From Squalus acanthias (lineage: Eukaryota): DNA of 64,000 nucleotides. A program made the position numbers and the translations under genes. The stretch spans positions 104,348,001 through 104,412,000 of the forward strand of contig CM059432.1 of the NCBI GenBank assembly GCA_030390025.1, given 5' to 3'. The notes beneath the pieces were generated by a model that saw nothing but the letters and a program-made list of their open reading frames with translations, did no database searches and was not told the DNA's origin. Shown here piece by piece: positions 49,886 to 61,938 of the stretch (positions are counted from its first letter, which is position 1; every line of letters begins with the position of its first letter).

Positions 49886-50549
49886 CCATTCTTCACTGAT
49901 GTTCAGCTCACAGGATGTACACTTGTAGATTAACTCCCTTCCTCCTCCTTGAAAGAGGGTAATTTCTCTGGAGCATGATTCTTAGCTAATGGCTCTGTTG
50001 AGATCCAATGACATTCATCATTCATATGGCAATCAGACTTAAGTACCAGACATGATTGGAACTTGAACTGTTTTTAAAAAATAAGGTTTTATTTTATTAT
50101 GGAACACATTTCAAGCAATAATTCGGGAGCATAATGTGCAAACGTTATCACAAACAATAGCTAAAGCAAATTATAATCAAACAAAACCCAATGGCAATGC
50201 TGAACAATGGATTGATACCATAAATGCCACCAGAGATTTCATACAATTTATTCATGGCCGTAGAAGCTTATTGAAGAGAACTTAAGAGCCACAACAGTAA
50301 AAGAACAACTCATTAAGAATGCCAAAAAAAAGAAAGTGACGTGTATGAGGTAGGACCAAACTCTTTGAGAACACATAAAAAAGGAAAATAATCCATAGCA
50401 ACAAGATGGCTTGTTTATCAAAAGGGCAACACTATTTTCACAAACATTTTACGCCTTGTGGTACTAAATTCCTGTGATTCCTCATATAGAGAGCAGTAAC
50501 TCTTTGTCTCCAAGCTTTTGTTCTTGAAATGGTTACAATTTATTACTGA

Positions 50550-50647
50550 AATAACAACAGAAAACGCTGGAAAAACTCAGCAGGCCAGGCAACATCCATG
50601 AAGAGAGAAACAGAGTTAATGTTTCAGGTCGAAGACCCTTCGTCAGA
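50550..50647 (-). mobile_element. 98-bp PLE family A-related mini-insertion (hammerhead + short 3' segment)
   Basis: 15-bp TSD acaatttattactga at 50535-50549 and 50648-50662; homologous to 1043-1139. Confidence 0.9.
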
Positions 50648-50649
50648 AC
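50615..50649 (-). ncRNA. Minimal hammerhead motif
   Basis: GTT-CTGACGA-A-GGGTC-TTC-GACCT-GAAA-CA-TT-AAC; the stem III palindrome ACGT is mutated to ACAT. Confidence 0.72.
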
Positions 50650-50952
50650 AATTTATTACTGAGCTGTTACAAGATTTAGAGGCACGGTTTTAGCTCTGCT
50701 ACTTGTTTGGATGGACATGTGAAGTCTGTCATGCCGAGAAACATCAATAAACAATAAAACCAAAGGGCGTTTAATGGAACTTAAAGTCAAGTTGCCGAGG
50801 GTCTCAGCCTTTTATAGTTAATTATTAGCTGAATGCTGGTACTCCAATGCATTGTAGTACAGAGAGGTAGAATGGAACTTCATGCCCTCCATTCATCAAA
50901 TCATAAATTCCTGATCTCCACTTTTCCATTGGAGGCAGTGAGCAGAGGCCAA

Positions 50953-51417
50953 GGCCTCAATATTAATACCCTCTCCGTGATGGGCGGGAGAGGGGCTAAA
51001 GACTTAAATATGGGGAACATATTCCTAACATGCCATGCACGCGCCCACCGCTTTACTTATGGCGGAACATTTAATTAACATATTTAAATCAGGCTCCCAC
51101 AGTGCAATTGGGAACCGGATTTAAAATTCACAGCTGCTGTTTGGAAACCTGGCAGTGAAAGTGGATGCGGCAGCTCCCAGCTCCACAGTTAAGTGCCTTT
51201 TACAGCACTGGGAGTGCCCTCCCCCATTCCCTATTCCCTCAAGAAAGCCTTCAGCCTCTCCCCCCAAACTGTGATGGCCGACCTTCCCCCCCAAAAAATG
51301 ATGATTAAGTACTGCCGTTAAGTTCGGCAGAACCTCCGCGTCCCTAGCCTTGCCGTATTCTCCAGCCATTTTTGGCCTCCCCCGCACCCTCCCCGCCTCC
51401 CTGTAAATATTGGGGCC
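50953..51417. mobile_element. Harbinger-type MITE
   Basis: TIR ggcctcaatatt vs ggccccaatatt (reverse complement); flanks CAA/TAA (imperfect 3-bp TSD). Confidence 0.72.
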
Positions 51418-51637
51418 TAAATGTTTCCCCATAGGCTGGGAGAAAAATTTGAGAGCAGATCACTTTGTACTTGTGCACCTTTCAGTGACTGGCACAAGTG
51501 TAATATAAACAGAGGCTTGGGAGGCAGCTGTCTGCTTATCTTCTCATTTGGGGAATGGTGCATGGTGCATAGTGAGGGAGCTATGGAGAGAGTGAAAGAT
51601 TATTTTTTACTTGTTCACGTGAGTAGGAGAATATATT

Positions 51638-51775
51638 GGCTGGGAATTTCCTTCGAGCTGCTCCTGCTTTGCCACCGTAACTTTGCCAGAAGTGCAGTGG
51701 AAACCTCAGAAATCTCTGCCCCACTTCTAGCAAAGTTGCGGTGGAGCAAAAGCAGCTCTGAGGAAATTCCCGGCA
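51638..51775. mobile_element. 138-bp fold-back (hairpin) MITE
   Basis: gggaatttcct..gagctgct..ccaccgtaactttgccagaagtg pairs with cacttctagcaaagttgcggtgg..agcagctc..aggaaattccc; TSD ATT on both sides. Confidence 0.8.
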
Positions 51776-52116
51776 ATTGTTTTCTAAAAATAAGGTGTCA
51801 TGGCATCTAAAGCACAAGCTATTAATTATCAGGACCATCGATTCATGGTCACTGAAATTGTCAACTTCTGCTTTTATTATATAGTATTCTAGGATTTTTG
51901 ACAATGTTTTGGGTATCATATTCCCTGACTGTCCATTTTTCAGTGAAAAGCATAAATGCATGGTCTTACTGTTACATGTTCATTTACCTATATATTTCAT
52001 TTTTCGTTCTTACACTGTTGAAGCCCAGATGGCAAATTTAGCAGGTGGAGGTAAGTACATGGGATTTAGCATTAGTGGGGAGAGGGATTGTGGCATTTTG
52101 TAGCAGTTGCTACTTA

Positions 52117-54945
52117 CATAGACATAGATACATAGAAGATAGGAGCAGGAGTAGGCCATCCGGCCCTTCGAGCCTGCTCCGCCATTTAATGAGATCATGG
52201 CTGATCCTCCAATTCAGTATCCCGTCCCCGCCTTCTCTCCGTAACCCTTAACCCCTTTTGCCTGTAGAAATATATCTAATTCCCTCTTAAATATATTTAA
52301 TGAGCTGGCGTACACTGCCCTCTGTGGCAATGAGTTCCACAGGTTCACCACCCTCTGAGTGAAGAAATTCCCCCTCATTTCTGTCCTAAATGGTTTAGCC
52401 CTTATCCTTAAATTATGTCCTCTAGTTCTGTTCTCACCCGCCAAGGGAAACATTCCTTCTGCATCTAGTCTGTCTAGACCTGTCAGAATTTTATACACTT
52501 CTATGAGGTCCCCTCTCAATCTTCTAAACTCCAGTGTGTACATCCCTAAACTACATAGTCTCTCCTCATAGGTCAATCCCGCCATTCCTGGTATCAGCCT
52601 GGTGAATCGCCGCTGCACCCCCTCCATGGCAAGAACATCTTTCCTCAGATGAGGCGACCAAAACTGTACACAGTACTCGAGGTGTGGTCTCACCAGTGCC
52701 CTGTACAGCTGCAGCAAGGTATCCCTGTTCCTGTATTCCAACCCTTTTGCTATGAAGGCCAGCATACCGTTTGCCTTCTTGACCGCCTGTTGCACCTGCA
52801 TGCTCGCCTTCAGTGACTGGTGTACAAGAACACCCAAGTCTCTCTGTACTTCCCCCTCTCCCAATTTATTGCCATTTAAATAATAATTTGCCCTCCCGTT
52901 CCTGCACCCAAGGTGGATAACTTCGCACTTGTCCACATTATAGTGCATCTGCCATTTATCCGCCCAATCACCCAGTCTGTCCAAATCGCTCTGGAGCTTC
53001 CTGGTCTCCTCCTCTGAGCCCACCCCCCCTCCTAGTTTAGTGTCGTCTGCAAATTTGGAAATGCTGCATCCGACTCCCTGATCCAGGTCATTAATGTAAA
53101 TTGTGAACAGCTGGGGACCCAGGACAGATCCCTGTGGTACACCACTTGTTACTGCCTGCCATTCAGAAAATGAGCCGTTTATTCCAACTCTCTGTTTTCT
53201 ATCTGACAGCCAGTTCTCTATCCACGTCAATACTTTCCCCTTTATCCCATGAGCTTCAATTTTCCCTGCTAATCTTTTATGTGGGACCTTATCGAAGGCC
53301 TTTTGGAAGTCCAGGTACACCACATCTACTGGCTCTCCCCCATCTATTTTACCAGTTACTCCCTCAAAAAATTCCAATAGATTAGTCAAGCACGATTTAC
53401 CCTTTGTAAATCCATGTTGACTCTGTCCTATCCTGTCCCCATTTGCTAAGTGCTCCGCTATTTCATCCTTAATGATGGACTCCAGCATTTTGCCCACAAC
53501 TGATGTAAGGCTTACAGGTCTGTAATTACCTGCTTTTTCCCTACCCCCCTTTTTGAATAGTGGGGTAACGTTAGCTACCCTCCAATCCATGGGCACTGTT
53601 CCCGAGTCTAATGAATTCTGAAAAATCATACTTAGTGCATCCGTTATCTCTAGGGCCACCTCCTTCAGCACCCTAGGATGCATGTTATCAGGCCCTGGGG
53701 ATTTGTCCGCCTTCAATCCCTTTAGCTTCCTTAACACCATATCCTTAGAGATATTGATTTGCGTCAGTTCCTCCTTTGCAAATGTCCCTATTTTTCCCGA
53801 TATCCCAGGGAGGTTTTTTGTGTCTTCCTTCGTAAAGACTGACCCAAAGTATGCATTTAGTTGGTCTGCCATTTCCTTATTTCCCGTTATATATTCCCCC
53901 GTATCTGACTGCAATGGGCCAACTTTGGTTTTCACCAGTCTTTTCCTCTTGATATACTTATAAAAGCTTTTGGAGTTAGTTTTTATATTTTCCGCCAGCT
54001 TGCTTTCGTAAACTATTTTGCCCCTCTTGATTAAGCCCTTTGTCCTCCTTTGCTCTATCTTAAACTGTTCCCAATCTTCCGCTCTGGCGCTTTTTTTGGC
54101 TATTTTATACGCCCTATCTTTGGATTTTATGCTGTCTCAAATTTCCCATGTTATCCACGGTTGAGTCACCTTTTTAGATTTCCTTTTATGCCAGATTGGT
54201 ATAAACAATTTTTGCAATTTTGTCATTCTATCTTTAAATGCTTGCCATTGTTTATCTACCTCCAGTCCTCCCAGGAACGTTGTCCAATCAGACCTACTCA
54301 GTTCCCGTCTAATGGCATCATAATTCCCCTTGTTTAAATTCAGGACCTTAGTATCTGAGTCAATTTCTTCGCTCTCCATTTCGAGTGAGAAATCGATCAT
54401 GTTATGATCGCTCTGACCCAAGGGTCCCCGTACAACAAGATTACTAATTAGTCCCTTCTCATTGCACAGTACCCAGTCCAATATAGCCTGTTCCCGAGTT
54501 GGTTCCTCGACATATTGATCCAGATAACCATCCCTTAAACACTCAAGGAATTCCTCCTCCTCATTATTTTTACTGATTAGGCTATTCCAATCTATATGTA
54601 AGTTAAAGTCACCTATGATGACAGCTGTGCTCTTATTGCACGCTTCTCTAATTTCCCTCGTGATGCCCTCCCCAACCTCTATTTTACTATTTGGAGGCCT
54701 ATATACCACTCCTATTAATGTTTTTCGCCCCTCGCTATTTCTTAGCTCCACCCATATAGATTCTGTATTAACTGAGTTAATATCCTTCCTTTCAATTGCA
54801 TTTATCCCTTCTTTTACCAGCAATGCTACCCCTCCTCCCTTTCTTTTTTGTCGATCCTTCCTAAATACTGAATACCCCTGTATGTTAAGCTCCCGGCCCT
54901 GCTCACCCTGCAACCATGTTTCCGTAATCCCAATTAGATCATAAT
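52117..54945 (-). mobile_element. Young CR1 LINE, 5'-truncated at the start of the APE domain
   Basis: ORFs 54137..54913 and 52214..53935 are in the same frame, separated by one TGA; (CTATGTAT)-type tail at 52117-52140. Confidence 0.95.
52214..53935 (-). CDS. CR1 ORF2 reverse transcriptase domain, uninterrupted 573 aa
   Basis: [60 protein letters not shown]. Confidence 0.9.
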   Translation of the reverse strand: MKTKVGPLQSDTGEYITGNKEMADQLNAYFGSVFTKEDTKNLPGISGKIGTFAKEELTQINISKDMVLRKLKGLKADKSPGPDNMHPRVLKEVALEITDALSMIFQNSLDSGTVPMDWRVANVTPLFKKGGREKAGNYRPVSLTSVVGKMLESIIKDEIAEHLANGDRIGQSQHGFTKGKSCLTNLLEFFEGVTGKIDGGEPVDVVYLDFQKAFDKVPHKRLAGKIEAHGIKGKVLTWIENWLSDRKQRVGINGSFSEWQAVTSGVPQGSVLGPQLFTIYINDLDQGVGCSISKFADDTKLGGGVGSEEETRKLQSDLDRLGDWADKWQMHYNVDKCEVIHLGCRNGRANYYLNGNKLGEGEVQRDLGVLVHQSLKASMQVQQAVKKANGMLAFIAKGLEYRNRDTLLQLYRALVRPHLEYCVQFWSPHLRKDVLAMEGVQRRFTRLIPGMAGLTYEERLCSLGMYTLEFRRLRGDLIEVYKILTGLDRLDAEGMFPLAGENRTRGHNLRIRAKPFRTEMRGNFFTQRVVNLWNSLPQRAVYASSLNIFKRELDIFLQAKGVKGYGEKAGTGY

Positions 54946-55156
54946 TATTAACCTCTATTTCCTACTGTGGTAGTATGGGAGGTGGTTCCAGAGTATGGCA
55001 GTGCTGCAGAGGGAGGATCTGGGATTTGATAACACTTGGGGTGGAATGTGCAGTTTAGTTTATTGAATGATTGTTTGGGTCTGTCAACACTGGCTCCGAC
55101 AATGTGGAGGGTGCAAGTTTGGAGCACTAAGCAGGGACCTATGATGTGTCAGAACT

Positions 55157-56710
55157 TTTTTTTAAATTTGTTTATGGGATGTGGGCTTCGCTGGCAAGGC
55201 CCATATTTATTGCCCATCCCTAGTTGCCCTTGAGAAGGTGGTGGTGAGCCACCTTCTTGAACCGCTGCAGTCCATGTGGTGAAGGTACTCCCACAGTGCT
55301 GTTAGGTAGGGAGTTCCAGGATTTTGACCCAGCGATGATGAAGGATCGGCGATATACTTCCAAGTCAGAATGGTGTGTGACTTGGAGGGGAACTTGGAGG
55401 TGGTGATGTTCCCATGTGCCTGCTGCCCTTGTCCTTCTAGGTGGTAGAGGTCGCAGGTTTGGGAGGTGCTGCCGAAGAAGCCTTGGCGAGTTGCTGCAGT
55501 GCATCTTGTAGATGGTACACACTGCAGCTACGGTACGCCAGTGGTGGAGGGAGTGAATATTTAAGGTGGTGGATGGGGTGCCAATCAAATGGGCTGCTTT
55601 GTCCTGGATGGTGTCGAGCTTCTTGAGTGTTGTTGCAGCTGCACTCATCCAGGCAAGTGGAGAGTATTCCATCACACTCCTTACTTGTGCCTTGGAGATG
55701 GTGGAAAGGCTTTGGGGAGTCAGGAAGTGAGACATTCGCTGCAGAATACCTAGCCTCTGACCTGCTCTTGTTGCCACAGTATTTATGTGGCTGGTCCAGT
55801 TAAGTTTCTGGTCAATGGTGACCCCCAGGATGTTGATGGTGGGGAATTCGGCGATGGTAATGCCGTTGAATGTCAAGGGGAGGTGGTTAGGCTCTCGCTT
55901 GTTGGAGATAGTCATTGCCTGGCACTTCTGTGACGCGAATGTTACCTGCCACTTATCAGCCCAAGCCTGAACATCATCAGGTCTTGTTGCATGCGGGCAT
56001 GGACTGCTTCATTATCTGAGGAGTTGTGAATGGCGCTGAACACTGTGCAGTCATCAGCAAACATCCCCATTTCTGACCTTATGTTGGAGGGAAGGTCATT
56101 GATGAAGCAGCTGAAGATGGTTGGGCCTAGGACACTGCCCTGAGGAACTCCTGCAGTGATGTCCTGGGCTGTGATGATTGACCTTCAATCACCACAACCA
56201 TCTTCCTTTGTGCTAGGTATGACTCCAGCCAGTGGAGCGTTTTCCCCCTGATTCCCATTGACTTCAGTTTTACTAGGGCTCCTTGATGCCACACTCGGTC
56301 AAATGCTGCCTTGATGTCAAGGGCAGTCACTCTCACCTCACCTCTGGAATTCAGCTCCTTTGTCCATGTTTGGACCAAGGCTGTAATGAGGTCGGGAGCC
56401 GAGTGGTCTTGGCGGAACCCAAACTGGGCATTAGTGAGCAGGTTATTGGTGAGTAAGTGCCGCTTGATAGCATTGTCGATGACACCTTCCATCACTTTGC
56501 TGATGATTGAGAGTAGACTGATGGGGTGGTAATTGGTCGGGTTGGATTTGTCCTGCTTTTTGTGGACAGGACATACCTGGGCAGTTTTCCACATTGTCGG
56601 ATAGATGCCAGTGTTGTAGCTGTACTGGAACAGCTTGGCTAGAGGTGCGGCTAGTTCTGGAGCACAAGTCTTCAGTACGATTGTCGGGGCCCATAGCCTT
56701 TGTTGTATCC
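55157..56710 (-). mobile_element. LINE family B, 5'-truncated
   Basis: ORFs 56127..56594 (RT) and 55220..55915 (C-terminus to HHHLLKGN). Confidence 0.93.
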
Positions 56711-57370
56711 AGAACTGGAGGAGATCCCATTGTCAAGTAGCATTGGGGAGGGCTAGTGAAGTTTGGTAACAGTGGTGGGGGAAGGGGCCTGGCTGCACTG
56801 GAGGGTAGGTGGGGTCTCAGAATCTGGCAGTAGTAGAGGCATATTTTGGATCTGACAGCACTGGGGTTATCCCAGACTCTGGGAGCTCTAGCACTTGGGG
56901 TCTCAGGGTCTAGCAACAGTATAGGGATGTCTCAGGCTCTGACAGCAGTGGGGGTGATCTCCTGGAGTATGGCAGCACCAGTGGGGAATCGCAGATTCTG
57001 GAAGAATTTTGGGGAGGCATTAGAATTTGTTAATATAGTTGGATGGAAGACTGAGGGATGGCAACTGGGTCTGAAATATAGGGGAGGAGGAGAAATAGCC
57101 TGGGGTGTATCAGGTTGGGGTTGCTGGGGTGTGCTTGAAATGGTGGGGTCCTGTGCTTTGGTAAAACTGGAAGGGAGGTTACAGTATTTGCAAGCAGTGA
57201 TGAGAGAGCCAAGCATCTAGGTGTACTGGGAAGGGTATTCTAGGATTTGTGACCACTGTGGGGAGGCTACAGGGTCTGGTAACACTGGAGGGGAGATGGG
57301 AGGGAGGGTCTGAGAGCACAGCCTTGGGGTGAGTCTGGCAGTGTTGAAGGAGAGGTGGGCACAGGATAAT
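56711..57370 (+). repeat. Degenerate G-rich tandem repeat (~25-30 bp unit, core gggtctggcagcactgggg)
   Basis: Recurring tct(g/a)(g/a)cagca(c/g)tgggg and gggtctcag motifs. Confidence 0.55.
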
Positions 57371-59724
57371 TAGGCTTGACCTGCCTCACCAACATCTTAT
57401 CCCTCCCCATCAAGCCTCTGTCAACCCACTCCTGGCCATCAGACACTCCCCGTCCTTCATCCAAGTGTTCCAGGTCTATCAGCCTGGGTCCTGACCAGAA
57501 GTCGCTTTTTAAAGTGCAATAGTGCTAAAATCAGACGTCAGGCCGCGATCTGGGCTGTCAGCCAAGTTCGCAGCAGGGAGTGCTTGAACAGTTCAGGATG
57601 AGTCAGGGGTTCTGATGGGCGTGCATGGCATTGGGGACGTAGCAGATAAGCGTGGCCTGGGTAGATGCAATAGTGGGAGCGGAGGGCTGACAGCTGGGAA
57701 CGGATTGTAGCAGATCAGGGTGGCCAGGAATGGATATCTGCAGTAAGGATGGGTCACAAATTTGAGTCCCGGGTCCCTGACAGGGAGTGAAACTTAATAG
57801 TCGCTTTTCTGAAAGGAATTGGCAATTTTATGGGCAAATTAATACAATTTTTACAAATTTCTTTATGTTGCTTACATTAGAAATGGTACTTTTTACCCGG
57901 GTGTAGTTCGCAGGTTGAGGGAAAAATGGTGGATGAACATTTTTCAAAAACTCTTTTTTAGTTTTTTTTTTACTTACTTGGTTGACTTTCTCCTTTCTAA
58001 GAAATTTCCATATAAGTGGGTTACTGTTTGCATATCAGCAAACCAGATTTCTCACTGTTTTATAAATATCTAATTTCAGCCAAGCAGGTCAAACACAAAT
58101 TTTTTTGCTTATATTTACTTATGCGTTAGTGTGACAGAAAAGCGTGTTGGAAGTGTAACCCCCACATTATTGCAGACAGGAAATGCACATGACCACACTA
58201 TTTTAATATACTATAGATAGATACATACATATATAAGGCCATAAAGTCCAGGTATTCAGAAGGACCCTTCATATAATTTGGGATTGGTCTTCTGTTTCTT
58301 ATTATTTAGCCACTTCATTGCCTGATTTACAGCTTTCTCTTTGATCCCATGAGATTTCACTTTAGCTATACATCTCAGTGGCCTTAGCAAATGCTTTCAG
58401 AAACTCAAGAAACACTGGGTCACATCTTGAAGGAAGGAATCTGTAAATGTTAACAAGATATGGTTGTTGCTGCCGCATATAAACAGATAGAAGGCATTAT
58501 TAAATAGTTCCTATGAAAGTTAAATCATTCCTTGAATTTAGTTGCCAAAGTGAGACCATTTCCATCAGATTTTTGGGGGAGAAACATCAGGACAGATTAT
58601 AAAGTCACTTAAAGGAACATAGCTGGGAGCATTTTGTCACAATGAAGCAGGAGCAGATGGCTCTTTTTTTCAATACAATCACAGAATCTCAGTGCAAATA
58701 GATATGAGTTAGTAGGCCTGATGCTTGGTCTTCAGGATGGAAATATGCTTCTGTGAGCTCTTTTCTAGAGTTCTGAAAGTAGTCCTACTTCAAGTCACGT
58801 TAAATGCCATTAGCTAACTTTTTGTGGAAAACTGTGACAGGCTGGTTTCTCACCCATCCCAGCTTCAATGATTGCATTGTTTAGCTGTTAATGATTGTTG
58901 TGGTAACCATTAATGGCGGTCATTAATGTTGAGTAGAAAATTCAAGCCGGCAGTAGCTCTGCCGTAAGTGGGTTTCCTGTCTGATTCCCTCCTACAGAAA
59001 AATAAAGAAATTTCCTCTTGTCATTCAATCCACCAAACCATTGGACGAAAAGAACTACTGGCTAATTGAAAACTCACCAAAGGTCAATGAAATAAAAGCA
59101 GAAGTGTGGTTTTATAGTGTATATTTTCCTGGCTGATTCCCCAGTGTCGCACTTGCTGGCAGTGCTGAGGCCTGCAAAATCAGGCCTGTAGTCCCAAGGG
59201 CAATCAGCACTTAACTCCAGATTCTGCAGGAAAAAATACATTTAATAAATTTTTGGGTCTATACTTTGTGTGTGTCTCGGCCTAATCGGAGCCACCAAAA
59301 TGATTTAAATAAATTACAATGGGTCCCACGACAAATTCACTATTGTCTTTTGTGGTGGACTTCCTTCCTCATTTGCTGAGACCTTGTATAAAATGAGTGC
59401 TGGAGGCCTTCATGCTGTCTGTTGCAGGATTCTACTATTTAAAGCAAAGTTGTCATACGTTCAAGACTTAGATTTTTCCTGCCGTTGTTGACTTGCCAAA
59501 CTGAACTTTTACGTTATAATTAGTGCTTTCTTTGCTGCTTGTTGTTGTTTTTCTGCAGTTCAGTGTTCCTTTGGTGCACAACTCCAATAGCAGCATCCTT
59601 GCTGCCACCAGTTGCCAACCACAGTAACAAGTACATTCCATTGGGCCTACCAGCGACTGTCCTGGATTTGAGGTGGAATAGGAATTTCTGCAGTGAGAGG
59701 AAAGGCAGGTGCACTTATGGCCTC

Positions 59725-61445
59725 AGGCATCTGATGCCCACCAGCAAGGTAGAAATAGCAGAGGCATTGGTCACAATCTTTCATCCTCATTGGAGACAGG
59801 AGTAGTGCCGGAGGACTGGAGGGTTGTTAATTTTATACCACTATTCAAGAAAAGGGAAAGGGATAAACCAAGAAACTACAGGCCACTCAGCCTAACATCA
59901 GTGGTGGGAAGTTATTGGAAACCAATATCAGGGACAAAATAAACTTTCATTTGGAAAGGCATGGATTAATCAAGGAGCGCCAGCACGGATTTGTTAAAGG
60001 CAAGTAGTGTCTGACTAACTCGATTGAATTATTTGTTGAGGTAACAGAGAAGGTTGATCAAGGTAGTGCAGTAGATGTATATATGGACTTTCAGAAGGCT
60101 ATCGACAAAGTGCCACACAGGAGGCTTATTAAGAAGATAGAAGCCTATGGAATTAAGGGGAAAGTGATGGTATGGATACAAAATTAGTTCAGTGACAGGA
60201 AGCAAAGGATGGTGGTGGATGGATGTTTTTCAGACTGGGAGGTGGTTTGCAGTGGTGTTCTCCAAGGGTCAGTTTTGGGTCCATTACTCTTTGCAATTTT
60301 TATAAACGACCTAGACTCGGGTGTAGGGAGCAGCATTATAAAGTTTGCAGATAATACGAAACTTGGCAAAGTAGTAGATGATGATGAGGATAGTTATAGG
60401 CTTCAGGATGACATAAGCAGGATGGTGAAATGGGCAGAAGCTCGGCAGATGGAGTTCAATGCGGAGAAGTGTGAAGTGATGTACTTTGGGAAGACTATTA
60501 TGGAAAGACAGTAAATGGCACGATTTTGAAAAGTGTTGATGAGCAGAGAGACCTTGGTGTCCATATACACAAATCCTTAAAGGTGGCAGGGCAAGTTGAT
60601 AAGGTGGTTAAAAAAGCATATGGGTTACTTGGGTTTATAAATAGAGGTATAAAGAAAGAAAGAAAGATTTGCATTTATATAGTGCCTTTCACGACCACCA
60701 GACGTCCCAAAGTGTTTTACAGCCAATGAAGTACTTTTTAAAGTGTAGTCACTCTTGTAATGTAGGAAATGTGGCAGCCAATTTGTGCACAGCAAGCTCC
60801 CACACACAGCAATGTGATAATGACCAGATAATCTGTTTTAGTGATGTTGGTTGAGGGATAAATATTGGCCAGGACACCGGGGATAACTCCCCAGCTCCTC
60901 TTCGAAATAGTGCCGTGGGATCTTTTACGTCCACCTGAGAGAGCAGACAGGGCCTTGGTTTAACGTCTCATCCGAAAGACGGCACCTCCGACAGTCAAGT
61001 AAACCCTCAGTACTGCACTGGAGTGTCAGCCTAGATTTTTCTGCTCAGGTCTCTGGAGTGGGACTTAAATCCATAATCTTCAGAGGTGAGGGTGCTACCA
61101 ACTGAGCCACTGGCTAATAGAATATAAAAGCAAAGAAATCATGCTAGAACTTTATAAATCACTGGTTAGGCCTCAGCTGGAGTATTGTGGACAATTCTGG
61201 GCACCACACTTTACACTGCAGGAAAGATGTAAAGGCCTTAGAAAGGGTACAGAAGAGATTAACCAGGATGTTACCAGGGATGAGGGACTTCAGTTATGAG
61301 GAGAGGTTGGAAAAGTTAGGGCTGTTCTCCTTGGAACAGAAAAGGTTAAGAGGTGACCAAATAGAGGTTTTCAAGACGATGAGAGGTTTTGATAGAATAG
61401 CTAGAGAAAAATCATTCCCTCTGGAGAATGGGTCAATAACTAAAG
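59725..61445 (+). mobile_element. CR1 ORF2 fragment split by a Deu-SINE
   Basis: VPEDWRVVN..NYRPLSLTSVVG, SGVLQGSVLGP..KFADNTK, then ALERVQKRLTRML after 61115. Confidence 0.9.
60651..61115 (-). mobile_element. Full-length Deu-domain SINE (SacSINE1-like)
   Basis: Head gtggctcagttggtagcac; core ggtggacgtaaaagatcccacggcactatttcgaagag; L2-like tail ending in (TTTC)n. Confidence 0.88.
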
Positions 61446-61938
61446 AGGGGGCGATGGAAATAATCTATATGGGAACATCAATAGGAAGTGAATTTCTGGT
61501 AAAGCAAACTTATTGATGTGTGGCCAGGATTACGAAAACATAAGGTCATGTAGACAACTAAACAGTTCATTGGCAGTGCCAGTGACACTGGAATTACATT
61601 TTTAAACCAGTTAGGCTCCTAACCTCAGGTCACAATTCACAACAATGAAAATCACATTTTGACTTATCCTGTTAAAATGACCCTGTGTTCTAAAAATATT
61701 CCACATCTGAGATGTAAACACGTGATCTGATTTTAGTCCGTTTTCCAGGACTGTGAAAATAAACGATAATTGGTTAATTTTTGCATCACCACCAGCTGGG
61801 ATAATATTATAATTAATTACCTCCAGATATACTGGATAAGGTAGAGAACTGTTCACATCAATGTAGCGTGTGATTTATTATTTTACTAATGCTTTAGTAA
61901 AAGTGGGTACAGTTGCAAAATCCCAAATCCAATCCAAG

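Noticed and set aside
56443..57220. Pro-rich and Gly-rich ORFs
   Set aside because: Products of the G-rich degenerate repeat and the LINE junction.
59559..59710. Pyrimidine tract + CAG followed by an open frame (SVFLWCTTPIAASLL...)
   Set aside because: No convincing donor site and no recognisable protein; too weak to call an exon.
61060..61115. tRNA-like sequences (also ~19380-19428, 34520-34595, 45430-45502, 49177-49230)
   Set aside because: SINE heads continuous with SINE bodies; no complete cloverleaf.
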